Source: Myxococcota bacterium (GTDB lineage: Bacteria > Myxococcota_A > UBA9160 > UBA4427). From it: a stretch of 64,000 bases of DNA. Of the stretch, positions 18,901-30,010 are shown piece by piece (within the stretch, counting starts at the first letter, position 1; each line of letters begins with the position of its first letter). The stretch covers positions 4,320,001-4,384,000 of the forward strand of contig OZ252299.1 in NCBI GenBank assembly GCA_965250285.1, read 5' to 3'. Under the pieces are notes generated by a model. The model did no database searches. It had not been told where the DNA came from and worked only from the letters and a program-made list of their open reading frames with translations. Both the position numbers and the translations under genes were made by a program.

Positions 18901-20315
18901 CGCGCAGCGTGCACGACGCCCTGGGCAGCCGCCTCGAGCGCTTCGAGGGCGACCGGGATCCCGTCCGCGATCGCCTGGGCGTCTTCGACCAGATCGGGGT
19001 CGACCAGAAAACCGAAGTCGATTCGATCCATGTACGACACCGCCGTCACGTTGAGGCCATTGCCCACCTGCAGAATCGACATCGGGTACATCGCGTCGAC
19101 CTTCGCGCCGGCCATGTAGACGGGCACCGGAAGACCGCGCACGTTCGAGAAGACGAAGTTCCCCGGCAACGGGACGTAGTCGAGCGCCAGACCGCTCGCC
19201 GACATCAGCCACTGGATCGCGTTCGGCGAGAGCACCTCGCCGACGGCGCTCATCAGATCGAATCCGCCCCGCGACACCTTCCTCTTGGCGTGCGCGGCGC
19301 TGCGATGAATCGACTTGAGTCGCTGGGCAGGGTCGGCCAGGTGCGTCGCGATCGACACCGACATCGTGCCGATCTGATTGTCGAGCGTCTTGTCGCCCGC
19401 CTCGCGGCGCGAAACCGGGCAGCACGCCACGAGCGAGTCCTGCGGCAGCGCGCCGCGTTCGCGCATCGACCGACGCAGCGAAGCCCCGACGAGCTCGAGC
19501 AGGACGTCATTCACCGTGACGTCGAAGTGCTTCTTGAGCTCGCGCACCGACTCGAGGGAGACCGAGGCCGACGCGAAGCCGCGCCGCGGCCCGACGCCCT
19601 CGTTGAACTCGGCGCGCGGCACCTCTGCCGACCGCGGTGCATACCGGGTCGACGGGTCACCGAGCCACTGCTCGCCGAGCGACTTCAGTGCGCTGACGCC
19701 GTGGTCGAAGAGCTTGCCCGAGCGTGTGATCGCGTTCTTCGCGGCGCGGGCCACGATCTCGTTGGCCGCCGGCGCCGCCGGAGCGTGCTCCTGCATCTCG
19801 ACCGGGATCAGCGGCTGGTCGGCATCGGGGGTGAGATCCATGAGGATCTCGGCGAGCCCGACGCCGCCTTCCCCGTCGAGCAGGCAGTGGTGCATCTTGA
19901 TCAGCATCGCGACACGGCCGTCGGCCAGGCCCTCGATCCACCACGCCTCCCAGAGCGGGCGCGAGCGATCGAGCGGGCGCGCGTGGAGCAACCCCGCCAT
20001 GTCGTGGAGATCGCGCAGCGTGCCGTCGCCCGCCAGCGCGATCCGGTGGATGTGGGATCGCGGGACGAAGTCGGCATCTTCGACGAAGTACGGGCGGTCG
20101 AGACCGAAGGGCACCTCGAGCAGCTTCCAGCCGAAGCGTGGCACCAGCGAGATGCGATCCTCGATGCGGGCGACCATCCGCTCGAAGCCGAAGCCGTCGA
20201 CATCGCGGCCATCGATGATCGTGAGGCCGCCGATGTGGCTGGGGGCGCGGTCGCTCTCGACGGCGACGAAGATCGCATCCCCGTCGGCGAGCTGGTGGAT
20301 GTGTCTCTCGTTCAT
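18897..20315 (-). CDS. Wax ester/triacylglycerol synthase family O-acyltransferase
   Basis: LDRSRPLWE, KMHHCLLDG, TVNDV, SNVRG; start ATG 20315. Confidence 0.95.
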   Translation of the reverse strand: MNERHIHQLADGDAIFVAVESDRAPSHIGGLTIIDGRDVDGFGFERMVARIEDRISLVPRFGWKLLEVPFGLDRPYFVEDADFVPRSHIHRIALAGDGTLRDLHDMAGLLHARPLDRSRPLWEAWWIEGLADGRVAMLIKMHHCLLDGEGGVGLAEILMDLTPDADQPLIPVEMQEHAPAAPAANEIVARAAKNAITRSGKLFDHGVSALKSLGEQWLGDPSTRYAPRSAEVPRAEFNEGVGPRRGFASASVSLESVRELKKHFDVTVNDVLLELVGASLRRSMRERGALPQDSLVACCPVSRREAGDKTLDNQIGTMSVSIATHLADPAQRLKSIHRSAAHAKRKVSRGGFDLMSAVGEVLSPNAIQWLMSASGLALDYVPLPGNFVFSNVRGLPVPVYMAGAKVDAMYPMSILQVGNGLNVTAVSYMDRIDFGFLVDPDLVEDAQAIADGIPVALEALEAAAQGVVHAAR

Positions 20316-20490
20316 GACGTGTTCTTTTCTTCCGTCTCGAGATCGCGCCGGGCCCGGGTCCCATCGGGCGCGCGATGCTCGAATTGCGAGGTCACCGGCA
20401 GTGTGTGCACCTCGAGTGACGACACAAGCACGATGGCGAGGCGTCTTCGAAGCAACACGATTCGGCGCTCGAATCGAGGCGGGGCAAACC

Positions 20491-20505
20491 GCAGATGCGG
20501 TGCCA
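20491..20505 (-). promoter_or_regulatory. Putative sigma-54 promoter upstream of wax ester synthase
   Basis: Minus strand reads TGGCACCGCATCTGC: GG-N10-GC spacing, one mismatch to TGGCAC-N5-TTGC, about 175 nt upstream of the start. Confidence 0.45.
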
Positions 20506-20787
20506 CTTGATTTCGACCACGTGTGTGAGACATCCACCGGGGCGCCGGCAGCGCTCGTTCGGATCCTCCAGTCCCGACGTTCGTCGGGTACCGGGGTTCC
20601 ATCCCCGACCGCGAGGACGCGGCCTGACTCGGGGAACGGCGCGCAGTGTATAGACCGACGCTGCCCGCGCAAGCGCTCGAAGCGCGCCGCGCCGTCACAT
20701 CATGGTTTCAACACGGCGCCTGCAGATTGTGCGGTGCACCTCGAAGCGCTGCGCTGAGCGAGAGTCGCGGGCAGAGGGGGTCGCCCC

Positions 20788-21996
20788 TCAATGTCGACGA
20801 TCGGCGCAACGAACTGCGGCGCCGCCAATGCGCGCGATCCGGGCGTCACCGAAGGGTGTCCCGACGCCGCTGTTGACGGTGAGCGCAACCGACAATTCGC
20901 GATCTGGATCGGCCCACGCCCCCGAGCCGCCGAACCCGAAGTGGCCGAAGCCCCGCGGAACGCGCCCGCGCGTCGTGAAGACACGGTGGTAGCCGAGTCG
21001 AAAGTGCATCGGCACCGGGATCACCCGGCCCATGCCCCGGTTCTGCACCGTGCCCATGGCCTGCACGGTTTCGGGCGACAGCAGCCGCACACCGTCGAGC
21101 TCGCCACCGGCCGCGAGACAGGCGTAGAGGCGCGCGAGCGACCGGGCCGTGAACAGACCGTTGGCCGCCGGCACCGACGCCGAGCGGTATTCGGCCGAGT
21201 TCATGTCGAGCAACGCCATGCCCTGGGGCGAAAGGGCTCGCATCGCTTCTCTCGGGTCGTAGGAGACGCCCACCCGGCGCAGCCGTCGGGCCCAGCGGTC
21301 GGCCCCCGCCCGCATCCGCTCGAGACGCCGCACCCGCTCGGCGTCGGTGCCCTCGAGCATCGATGACATCAGCTTCGCGACCCGGTGGTGCTCGCTGTCG
21401 GGCGCGCCGCAATAGAGCCCGTCGAGCCCCAGCGGTCGGGCGAGCTCACGCTCGATCAGCTCGGCGAAGGGCTTCCCACCCAGCAGGCGCCTTGCCAGCT
21501 CGCCCACGAGCCAGCCGTACGTCAGCGCGTGATAGCCGTGGGCGGTACCGGGCTCGTAGCGGGGCTCGCTCTCGGCGAGGCGACGCGTCACGAGATCCCA
21601 GTCGAGCATGTCGCTCGGCGCGTCGACGATCCCCTCGGCCGAGTGCAGGCCGGCTTCGTGGCACATCAGCTGTCGCACCGTGATCGCCTGCTTGCCGGCC
21701 TGGCCGAACTCGGGCCAGACCTCGGCGACCGGTGTGTCGTACGCGACCAGGCCCCGGTCGGCGCAGACGTGCAGCAGCGTCGACGCGACCCCCTTCGTCG
21801 TCGAGAATGAGAGGCTCAGCGTGTCTTCCTGCCAGGGCGTGCCTTCGGGGTCCTTCGTGCCGCCCCAGGCGTCGACGACCTTCTCGCCGCGGTGATACAC
21901 GCAGACCGCTGCGCCCCCGGGCCCGGTCTTCGGAACGATGCGCCGCAGCATCGTCGCGACGCCGGCAAAGTCGGGATGAATCTGACCTTCGAGCAC
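20788..21996 (-). CDS. Serine hydrolase (beta-lactamase class C / esterase family VIII)
   Basis: FSTTKG (SxxK), GYHALTYG, FGHFGFGGS; GTG start 21996 after GAGGAG. Confidence 0.93.
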   Translation of the reverse strand: MLEGQIHPDFAGVATMLRRIVPKTGPGGAAVCVYHRGEKVVDAWGGTKDPEGTPWQEDTLSLSFSTTKGVASTLLHVCADRGLVAYDTPVAEVWPEFGQAGKQAITVRQLMCHEAGLHSAEGIVDAPSDMLDWDLVTRRLAESEPRYEPGTAHGYHALTYGWLVGELARRLLGGKPFAELIERELARPLGLDGLYCGAPDSEHHRVAKLMSSMLEGTDAERVRRLERMRAGADRWARRLRRVGVSYDPREAMRALSPQGMALLDMNSAEYRSASVPAANGLFTARSLARLYACLAAGGELDGVRLLSPETVQAMGTVQNRGMGRVIPVPMHFRLGYHRVFTTRGRVPRGFGHFGFGGSGAWADPDRELSVALTVNSGVGTPFGDARIARIGGAAVRCADRRH

Positions 21997-22042
21997 GCTG
22001 CTCTCCTCGCTCTGGTTCCGGACGCGCGGCGCGAGCCGCGCT

Positions 22043-23230
22043 TCAGGCGCTGGCGCTGGCGACGATCCCCGAGCCCGCGAGCTTCGCGATTTCGTCGGGT
22101 GCGTAGCCGAGCTCGCCGAGGATCTCTTCGGTGTGTTCGCCGAGCAGCGGGGCGGGGCGGCGAATCTCGCTCGGTGTGCCGTCCATGCGCTCGGGGGGGC
22201 GCGTCTGGCGCACGAGACCGACGACCGGGTGCTCGTCTTCGACGACGATCCCGTTCTCGATGACCTGCGGATGCAGGTGGACGTCGTCCCTCGTGAGCAC
22301 GGGCGCGCATGGCACGTCGGCGTCATCGAGCACTTTGAGCCAGTGCGCACTCGGCCGGGTCGCGATGACGGCCGACATCATGTCGAGCCGCTCCTTCGCG
22401 TGGCGGACGAGCCCGGCCGTATCCTGGAATCGGTCGTCCTCGAGCCACTCGGGCTTCTCGGCGGCCTCGCAAAAGGCGACCCACTCGCGGTGCGCCACCG
22501 TCGAGATCATGATGTGGCCGTCGGCGGTGGCGTAGACCAGATCGCGGCGCGCGACCGGCTTCGCCTTCGGCAGATCGGGCGAGACGAACGTGTGATACGC
22601 CATGCCTTCGGGCCAGACGAACGACAGCACCGAGTCGAGCATCGACAGCTCGATGTGCTGACCGACTCCGGTGCGTTCGCGGGCCAGCAGCGCGGCCGTG
22701 ATCGCCTGCGCCGCGGTCAACGCCGTGACCTTGTCGGGGACGATCACACGCACGAGCCGCGGTCGATCGGTGCCGAAGCCCTGGATCTCGGCCAGCGTCG
22801 ACATGCCCTGGATCAGCGGGTCGTAGACCCGCTTGTGCGCATAGGGCCCGCTCGCACCGAATCCGCTGATCGAGACGTAGACCAGACGCGGGTTCAGGCC
22901 GCGCAGGCGCTCCGGGCCGTAGCCCATGCGTTCGGCCGCGCCGGGCCGGCTGTTCTGGATGAACACGTCGGCTCCCTCGACCAGGCGGTCGAGCACGTCG
23001 TGCGCGCCCTCCTTCTTGAGGTCGAGCACGACCGAGCGCTTGCTGCGGTTGATGGTGGTGAAGGTCGGGGCGAGGCCGCGCAGGCCGCCCATGTGCCGCA
23101 GCGTGTCGCCCCGCGGTGGCTCGACCTTGATCACGTCCGCGCCCTGGTCGCCCAGGATGCGCGTGGCGAGCGGCCCCGAGATCACCTGGGTCGCGTCGAT
23201 GATGCGGAAGCCGTCGAGTGCGCCTGCCAC
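22043..23230 (-). CDS. CoA-transferase family III (CaiB/BaiF)
   Basis: [38 protein letters not shown]. Confidence 0.95.
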   Translation of the reverse strand: MAGALDGFRIIDATQVISGPLATRILGDQGADVIKVEPPRGDTLRHMGGLRGLAPTFTTINRSKRSVVLDLKKEGAHDVLDRLVEGADVFIQNSRPGAAERMGYGPERLRGLNPRLVYVSISGFGASGPYAHKRVYDPLIQGMSTLAEIQGFGTDRPRLVRVIVPDKVTALTAAQAITAALLARERTGVGQHIELSMLDSVLSFVWPEGMAYHTFVSPDLPKAKPVARRDLVYATADGHIMISTVAHREWVAFCEAAEKPEWLEDDRFQDTAGLVRHAKERLDMMSAVIATRPSAHWLKVLDDADVPCAPVLTRDDVHLHPQVIENGIVVEDEHPVVGLVRQTRPPERMDGTPSEIRRPAPLLGEHTEEILGELGYAPDEIAKLAGSGIVASASA

Positions 23231-23278
23231 GTTCGATCCTCGCGTGAGGGGCGGCCGGGCGGACGCGCGCGTCTCGCC

Positions 23279-24694
23279 TCAGTCGGCCGGCTTCCAATTG
23301 CCATGGAAGCCCCACGGTATGCGGGCCGGGCACTGGATCGTAGCAAGCGGTCCGGCTTCGATCTGCTGGGCATCGAGCACCAGCAGATCGCTGCGATTCT
23401 CGGCACCGCGGTACACGATCGCGAGGACGAAGCCGTCGCCCTCGGCCGCATCGGGGCCTCGGGGCACGAACTGCGGCTCGCCGGTCGCGTCGCCGTCGGG
23501 CAGCCTGTACGTGCGGCGCGCGCCGCTGCGCATGTCGTAGTGGAAGATGCAGTTGTTGTTCATCGGCTCGCCCGCGGCGCGGGGGATGCCCTCGCTGCCG
23601 AGCGTCCAGGTGTCGGCGTAGCGCTTGCCGACGAAGCGCGGATCGACGCGACCGAACTCGGCCGGCGACTCGTCGAGGGCCTCGTCCTTGAGCGAGCCCG
23701 ACTCGAGGTCGATCGTCCATCGGTGGAGGGTCGGCGGGCTCGGGGGTGCGCCGTCATCGGCCAGGCGCAGCGCGACGTGGTCGAGGTGGAAGACGTCGGC
23801 GTAGACCGTCTGCCCCTCGGTCCACGCGTTGACGTAGTGAAAGACGTACCCGGCCTCTTTCTCGATCCACACGATGTCGTCGTTGCCGCCATCGCGGGGC
23901 ATCACGCCGATGTGCGAGCCACGCTCGGGCTGCCAGCTGAGGAGAGAACCGTTCTCGGCCATGCGTTCGAAGTCGAAGATCGCCGGATGGTGCGGGAAGA
24001 TCACGTGCTCCGAAGTCGTCACGAAGTCGTGCATCATGTTCGGGAAGGGAGCATCGACGACGTCGGATCGTTTGACGTGTCCATCGGGACCGATCACGTG
24101 GTAGACCATCCACGGCGCCATCGGGCTGTAGCCGAAGCCGATCAGCTCGCCCGTGTCGGGGTCTTCCTTCGGGTGCGCCGTCATGATGTCGGAGCCCATC
24201 TGGCCGAAGCGCTCGCGAGAGAAGGCGCCCGCGTCGTCCCAGACGCCGATGGTCTCGAGGGTCACCGGGTCGAGCTCGGTCGGAGGGCCTGCCTCCCACA
24301 GAGCCAACAAGCGACCGCCGTGCCAGATGATGTTCGTGTTGGCCGTGTTCCCGCTGACGCCCTCGGTCTTCGCGTCGCCCTCCCCCGAGCCGAGCCCGCC
24401 GAAGAGCGACCGGCCCGCCTCGCGCTCGAGGTCGAAACGCGCGGTGCGCACCCAGCGATTGCGGTAGTCGCAGCGACCGTCTTCGAACCAGAAGCCGTGG
24501 ATCATGCCGTCGCCTTCGAACCAGTGATACGACGGCGACGGCGCGAACTGCGGGTTCGAGCCGTTTCGGTAGTACGCCCCGCGCAGCTCGGCCGGAATCT
24601 CACCCTCGACCACGAGGTCGGGTGCGTCGCTCTCCATCAACAGAGGGGCGAAGTTGCCGCTCAGGAACGGGTTGTCGGGGAAGGGTCGACTCAT
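23279..24694 (-). CDS. Carotenoid/lignostilbene cleavage oxygenase (RPE65 family)
   Basis: RNGSNP, FEGDGM, four Fe-His (TAHPK, MMHDF, VFHYVN, GFHG), GEPQFVP. Confidence 0.95.
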   Translation of the reverse strand: MSRPFPDNPFLSGNFAPLLMESDAPDLVVEGEIPAELRGAYYRNGSNPQFAPSPSYHWFEGDGMIHGFWFEDGRCDYRNRWVRTARFDLEREAGRSLFGGLGSGEGDAKTEGVSGNTANTNIIWHGGRLLALWEAGPPTELDPVTLETIGVWDDAGAFSRERFGQMGSDIMTAHPKEDPDTGELIGFGYSPMAPWMVYHVIGPDGHVKRSDVVDAPFPNMMHDFVTTSEHVIFPHHPAIFDFERMAENGSLLSWQPERGSHIGVMPRDGGNDDIVWIEKEAGYVFHYVNAWTEGQTVYADVFHLDHVALRLADDGAPPSPPTLHRWTIDLESGSLKDEALDESPAEFGRVDPRFVGKRYADTWTLGSEGIPRAAGEPMNNNCIFHYDMRSGARRTYRLPDGDATGEPQFVPRGPDAAEGDGFVLAIVYRGAENRSDLLVLDAQQIEAGPLATIQCPARIPWGFHGNWKPAD

Positions 24695-24843
24695 GACGAG
24701 ACCTCGAGCAAGGGGGCGCTGCGTGAGCCGGGCGGCCGGCCCTCACTCGAGTGTAGTGCGACGGGGGCGCGCCGGTGTGGGGCCGGGATTCGTGATCGAA
24801 TCGATTCCGTGTCGAGAAGGCACGGGCCGATCGGCGCAGATCG

Positions 24844-27417
24844 CTATGCGTCGCCCGACGCCGCGGCGGAGTGGGTGGACACCCGCGCATGGATCGCGAC
24901 GCGCACCGCGTCGGCCAGGGCGCTGGGTTCGTAGGGCTTCTGCAGAAAGTGGGCGATCCCGAGGGCGCCGAAGCGCGCCAGGGCGTCGGCCTCGGGGTAG
25001 CCGCTCGACAGGATCAGCGGGATGTCGGGATCGAGGGCGCGCATGCGCCGAGCCGTCTCGACGCCATCCATCCGCGGCATGGTGAGGTCGAGCACCACGC
25101 ACTGCACCTGGTGGTGATGCTTCTCGAAGAACTCGAGCCCTTCGACCCCGTCGCTGGCCTGGTCGACGTGCAGCCCGCGGCGTTCGAGCACGGTGGCGGC
25201 AAAGTCGCGGGCGGCCTCGTCGTCTTCGACGAGCAGCACGCGACCCCCGACGAGGTCGGTCTGAAGCGGCCGCGCAGGTGCGGCGGGCGCCTCGGACGCT
25301 ATGTCGTCGATCCAATCGACCGGCGGCAGCAGCACCGTCATCGTCGTCCCCGCGCCGGGCGCACTCGCAATGCTCAGGCCCCCGCGATAGCGGCGCACGA
25401 TGCCCAGCACGGCGGCCAGCCCGAGGCCGCGCCCCTGGAACTTCGTCGAATAGAACGGCTCGAAGAGGCGACGTCGCGTCTCCTCCTCCATGCCACCGCC
25501 GTCGTCTGTGACGCGCAGCAGCACGTAGCGACCCGGTTCGAGGGTCTCGCCCAGCAGCACGTCGGCGAGCATGGCGCGGTCGACGTCTTCGATGGCCACA
25601 TGGATATCGACGCGACCCGGTCCGTCGCCGATCGCTTCGGCGGCGTTCGTGATGAGATTGAGGACCACCTGACGCAGCTGGCTCGGATCGGCTTCGACCC
25701 CGACCGGCTCTGCGCTGACGTCGACCTCGAGCGCGATCGTGCTCGGGATCGAAGCGCGCAATAGCTCCTGCATCTCGTCGACGACGTCGCGCAGATCGAC
25801 GCGCTCTTCGACCACCGAGCCCATGCCGGCGTAGGCGAGCATCTGCTTGCAGAGATCGGCCGCCCGGCGCGCCGCGCGCTCGATGCGGGTCAGGCTTCGT
25901 TGGGCCGGATGATCGGAGTCGAGGTCTTCGCGGGCCAGACTCGCGTGGCCGAGCATCGCGACCAGCAGGTTGTTGAAGTCGTGTGCGATGCCGCCAGCGA
26001 GCCCACCCAGGCTCTCGAGTCGCTGGGTTTCCTGAATGCGCGACTCGAGCTGGGCGCGCTCCTCTGCGGCGCGCCTTTGATCGGTGAAATCGAGGGCGAC
26101 CCCGTCGAGGCGCCGGCCCTCGTGCGTCTGGGTCACGCTCACCCGCTGACGGATGAAGCGCACCTCGCCGCCCTCGCGCACGATGCGGTACTCGCTGGCG
26201 GCCTCGTCGAGATCGCCGCGGATCAGCGCACGATACGTGCTCCGAACGCGCTCACGATCCTCGGGGTGGACGAGGTGGCCCCAGTTCGTGTGCTTCTCGA
26301 GGTCGTGCATCGTGTGACCGCTGATCACCTCGATGAAGCGCGACTGATACCGAACTTTCACCGTGCCGTCGGGCAGAGCCAACGTGCTCCACACGTAGGC
26401 GGGCAGCGAATTGACGACCGACGCGAGCTCGTCGCGCGCGGCCTTCTCGGCGACCTCGGCCTGGGTGCGGCGGGTGACCTCTCGAGCCAGCCGCGAGTTG
26501 GCCACGCGCAGGCGCTGATTGCGCAGCCGTCCCATCCAGGCACTGCGAAGCGCCGTGGTCAGCAGAAACGCGACGACGATCCCGCCCATCAGCAGGATCG
26601 CAGGCAACGGGGTGAGGTACGTGCGGACAACGGCCGGCGACGGCGACACGGTGACGGTCCAGGTCTGATTGCCGACCGACACGTCGGCCGACCGCGCGTA
26701 CCGCATGACGCCATCGACGCTCCGGCGATCCCCGAGCCGACCCATCGTGCCCGTGATCTCGACGTCATAGCGGGTCGCGACGTGCGTCATCAGCGACTCC
26801 ATCACGACCGAGCCTTCGTAGATGCCGACGAGGTACCCGGCCGACTCGCCATCGACGATCAGCGGGTACGTGATGGCGAAGCCGATCTCGCCCGAGATGA
26901 GTTCGAGCACGGGCGAGACGTACCCCGCCGTCCAGCGCGAGGCGCCGTCGTACTCTGTGTGATTCTCGGCGAGCTGCTCGATGCGGCGCCCGACGGTCGA
27001 CTCGACCCCCGGGACCGACACCATCCAGCGTATGACGAAGTCGGGGTCGACCCACTGGATCGATCGGATGTAGTCGAAATCCTTGATCAGCCGGCCGGCA
27101 TGCGGGCCGAACTGGGCCTCGCCGATGCCTTCGGGGCTCGACCAGCGCGCGCGCAGACGGGAGAGCGCCGACAGCTGCGCCTGCATGCGCAGATCGATCG
27201 TGCCGGTGATCTCGCGGAGTGCGCCGTCCGTCGCTTCTTCGAGCGCGAGTCGTTGGGCGGCGTATTGCTGCTCGGCGACGACGACGGTGCCGCCGAGCAC
27301 GGCCAGCCCGATCAGGAGCGGGACCCAGCGCACCGCTCCGGCTTCGCGGGGCAGCAGCAGCCCGAAGGGCGATGAAGCCCTCGTCGCACGAGTCGAGCTC
27401 GCGTCGTCCGAAGCCAC
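24844..27417 (-). CDS. Hybrid sensor histidine kinase (CHASE-PAS-HisKA-HATPase-REC)
   Basis: Two TM segments around a CHASE-like region; VHPEDR PAS; GGIAHDFNNLL; FEPFYSTK..GRGLGL; VEDD, LDLTMPRMDG, FLQKP. Confidence 0.95.
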   Translation of the reverse strand: MASDDASSTRATRASSPFGLLLPREAGAVRWVPLLIGLAVLGGTVVVAEQQYAAQRLALEEATDGALREITGTIDLRMQAQLSALSRLRARWSSPEGIGEAQFGPHAGRLIKDFDYIRSIQWVDPDFVIRWMVSVPGVESTVGRRIEQLAENHTEYDGASRWTAGYVSPVLELISGEIGFAITYPLIVDGESAGYLVGIYEGSVVMESLMTHVATRYDVEITGTMGRLGDRRSVDGVMRYARSADVSVGNQTWTVTVSPSPAVVRTYLTPLPAILLMGGIVVAFLLTTALRSAWMGRLRNQRLRVANSRLAREVTRRTQAEVAEKAARDELASVVNSLPAYVWSTLALPDGTVKVRYQSRFIEVISGHTMHDLEKHTNWGHLVHPEDRERVRSTYRALIRGDLDEAASEYRIVREGGEVRFIRQRVSVTQTHEGRRLDGVALDFTDQRRAAEERAQLESRIQETQRLESLGGLAGGIAHDFNNLLVAMLGHASLAREDLDSDHPAQRSLTRIERAARRAADLCKQMLAYAGMGSVVEERVDLRDVVDEMQELLRASIPSTIALEVDVSAEPVGVEADPSQLRQVVLNLITNAAEAIGDGPGRVDIHVAIEDVDRAMLADVLLGETLEPGRYVLLRVTDDGGGMEEETRRRLFEPFYSTKFQGRGLGLAAVLGIVRRYRGGLSIASAPGAGTTMTVLLPPVDWIDDIASEAPAAPARPLQTDLVGGRVLLVEDDEAARDFAATVLERRGLHVDQASDGVEGLEFFEKHHHQVQCVVLDLTMPRMDGVETARRMRALDPDIPLILSSGYPEADALARFGALGIAHFLQKPYEPSALADAVRVAIHARVSTHSAAASGDA

Positions 27418-27529
27418 CCGGCCTCCTTACACCCCCGTACCAGCCAGACTAGCAGAGGCGCGTGTTCACAATGGAAACGAATTCGGTCGGCATCGCGCAC
27501 GCGGACGACTTCGTTCGCACGCGCGTTCG

Positions 27530-30010
27530 CTACCGCCCGAAGAGCCCGTCGATCCCGCGCTGAATGTCCTGCTCGATGCCCTTCGACCCCGAACCGGACG
27601 TGTCGGATCCGTCCTGTGATTCTTCGGGCGCATTCGACGTTTCCGAATTCGATGCCTCATCGGACTTTTCGCGGCGTCCAGATCTGAGCAGGCCCTCGAG
27701 CGCGGATGTCGCGGTGCCGACGGCGGTCTTGGTGAGCGCCTGACCGAGGTACTTCTCGTCGACCTTGACCGTCGGATCGGTCACGTCGCCGGTGATCTCG
27801 ACGGGCACCACCAGGCGACCGACGTGATCGAGCAGATGCTGCGTGGGGCCCGCTACACCGACGAGACTCGTCGCCAGGGCCGGGCTGCTCTTGAACTCGG
27901 TCTTCAGGTCGACCGATCCATCGAGGCCGATCGTCCCTCCCCCGACCAGCCCGAAGTCGTCGGTCTCGAGCGCCAGATCGTTCGTTCGCAGCTTGCCCTG
28001 TTCGATCTCGACGTCGGCGCCCATCTCTTTGAATACGGTGTTCCCCGTCGAGAAGACGCGGGGATGCTTCTCTTTCACCTTCGGCGAGATCCATCCCGAC
28101 AGACCCGGCACGCCCGTCGCTCCCCGCAACACCTCCTCAGCGAGGTTGACGTTGATCAGCTCACCGTCGTGGATGTCGATGCGGCCCTGCCCCATGAGGC
28201 TCTTGAGGAGCGCATCGGTGTCGAGCCCCTGTGCACCGAGAGCGAGGTCGGTATCGATGCTCCCCGCGACGACGGCCCCCGCTGCCGGAAAGTAGACGCT
28301 CACGATCTCGGCGGCCTGCACACCGCTCAGCGTGAGCTTGCCGCTGTAGCTGGGCGATTCGGCGTCGGTCTCATCGAGCGCGCCGTTCATCGAGATCGCA
28401 CCGCCGAGCATCTTCGCCGTGAGCGCTTCGAGCTGCATCCGCGCCCCGTCGACGCTCGCGCGACCTTCCAGCTCGGTGTAGTCGATGCTCTGAAGCCGAC
28501 CGTTCGGCGATGCGAAGCGGACGTCGGCGACGAGATCGTCGCTGCGCAGGTCGGCACGACCGACCGCGCGGAGCGCGCGCAGCTGGTCGTCTTGCTCGGT
28601 GCCCGGCTCGAGCACGCCGACCGCGGCGAGCGGCAGGGTCGGCGCGTCGAGCGCGAACCGCACCTCGGGCGCGTTCAGATCGGCGACGTCGGCCTCGAGC
28701 TTCATGCCCGCCCCGCCGACGTCGAAGGTCGTGTCGCGCAGCTCGGCCGCCTTGCCCTTCAGCGTGAGGCGGGCTTCGAGGTGCTCGACCGGCGGCGTGT
28801 CGGCCATGCGAACCGCGACATCGGTGAGCGAAACGGTGCCGTCGAGGCTCGGCAGATCTTCCGAAGACGACTTGCCCCGCGCCCGCACGTCGAGGTTGAC
28901 GCGGCCCTCCACCGGAATCCCCGCCGCCGCAGGCAAGAGCTCCCCCCAGCCCCCGAGCGGCACGTCACTGCCGCGCACGCGCGCGTCGTACGCGCCGGCT
29001 GCGTCGAGCCCGACCTTGGCCTGACCGTCCACGCGGGCGCCTGCGAGCGTGAATGCGAATGCATCGACGGTCGCCGTTTCGGTCTGTGCCTGGCCCTGGG
29101 CCTCGAGCTGCAGCGGCGTCGCCGGCTTCTTGACGAGATCGCTGCCCATCTCGAGATCGGCCTGAAGAGCGTCGACGTTGACGTTGAAGCGCACGTCGTC
29201 GGGCGTTCCCGAGGCAGAGAGGCTCGCGTCGAGGGTGCCCCCCATGCGCGTGTCGGCGGGCAGCGCCGCGGCGACGTCTTCGAGCTTCGCGACGTCGGCG
29301 AGCGAGAGCGCGTCGAGGGTGAAGTCGACGTCGAACTCGAGCGGGGTATCGCCGGCGCCGAGCACCGGCCCGGCCGTCCCCTCGCCAAAGAGATTCGGCG
29401 AATCGGCGCCGAGCAGGCTGGCCGACAGCGTGAAGTGAAGAGGCGCCGAGGGCCCGATGTCGTCGACCTCGAGGTCGACGTGGTCGATGACCGACTCGAC
29501 CACCTCATCGCCCGTTCGGTCTTCGAAGACGACGCGTCCGTCCGAGATGCGAAGCGCAGAGATGGTGAGGTCGAGCGGCGACGCCTCTTCGGTCTCGGGG
29601 GTCGCCGTCGCCTCGTCTTCAGGGATCATGCTCTCGAAGCTGAAGCCGCGCGCATCCCGAATGATGCGGATGTCGGGCGCAGCCAGCACGATCTCGCCGA
29701 TCTCGATGCGCCCGAAGAGCGCGGGCAGAATCGAGATGCGCACGACGCCGGTGTCGAGCGTCAAAAAGGACGCGTCGCCGTAGCTCGGATCCTCACCGAT
29801 GCTCAGCCCGTCGATCCGCACGCCGAAGCCACCCCAGAGCTGCACTCCGAGATCGTCGATGGTCACGGGTCGGCCGATCGCCGAGCCGATCTCCTCTTCG
29901 ATCATGTCCTGGTTCTCGTCGAGCCACGCGTCGAGGTTCATCGCCGCCACGGCGACGACGGCCACCACGATCACCGCGAGGCCACCGATGACGATCCATC
30001 GCTTCTTCAT
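27530..30010 (-). CDS. AsmA family protein
   Basis: N-terminal TM (MKKRWIVIGG), IGRPVTI, SILPALFG, long beta-rich body, AsmA-like C-terminus; start ATG 30010. Confidence 0.85.
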   Translation of the reverse strand: MKKRWIVIGGLAVIVVAVVAVAAMNLDAWLDENQDMIEEEIGSAIGRPVTIDDLGVQLWGGFGVRIDGLSIGEDPSYGDASFLTLDTGVVRISILPALFGRIEIGEIVLAAPDIRIIRDARGFSFESMIPEDEATATPETEEASPLDLTISALRISDGRVVFEDRTGDEVVESVIDHVDLEVDDIGPSAPLHFTLSASLLGADSPNLFGEGTAGPVLGAGDTPLEFDVDFTLDALSLADVAKLEDVAAALPADTRMGGTLDASLSASGTPDDVRFNVNVDALQADLEMGSDLVKKPATPLQLEAQGQAQTETATVDAFAFTLAGARVDGQAKVGLDAAGAYDARVRGSDVPLGGWGELLPAAAGIPVEGRVNLDVRARGKSSSEDLPSLDGTVSLTDVAVRMADTPPVEHLEARLTLKGKAAELRDTTFDVGGAGMKLEADVADLNAPEVRFALDAPTLPLAAVGVLEPGTEQDDQLRALRAVGRADLRSDDLVADVRFASPNGRLQSIDYTELEGRASVDGARMQLEALTAKMLGGAISMNGALDETDAESPSYSGKLTLSGVQAAEIVSVYFPAAGAVVAGSIDTDLALGAQGLDTDALLKSLMGQGRIDIHDGELINVNLAEEVLRGATGVPGLSGWISPKVKEKHPRVFSTGNTVFKEMGADVEIEQGKLRTNDLALETDDFGLVGGGTIGLDGSVDLKTEFKSSPALATSLVGVAGPTQHLLDHVGRLVVPVEITGDVTDPTVKVDEKYLGQALTKTAVGTATSALEGLLRSGRREKSDEASNSETSNAPEESQDGSDTSGSGSKGIEQDIQRGIDGLFGR

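Noticed and set aside
20714..20740. Weak similarity to the repeat-family left arm (minus strand GGTGCACCGCACAATCTGCAGGCGCC)
   Set aside because: Short, no partner arm, compatible with chance at this GC content.
20788..21996. Beta-lactam resistance gene
   Set aside because: No signal peptide and an esterase-type GHxG motif in a lipid-catabolic context; better called a family VIII esterase.
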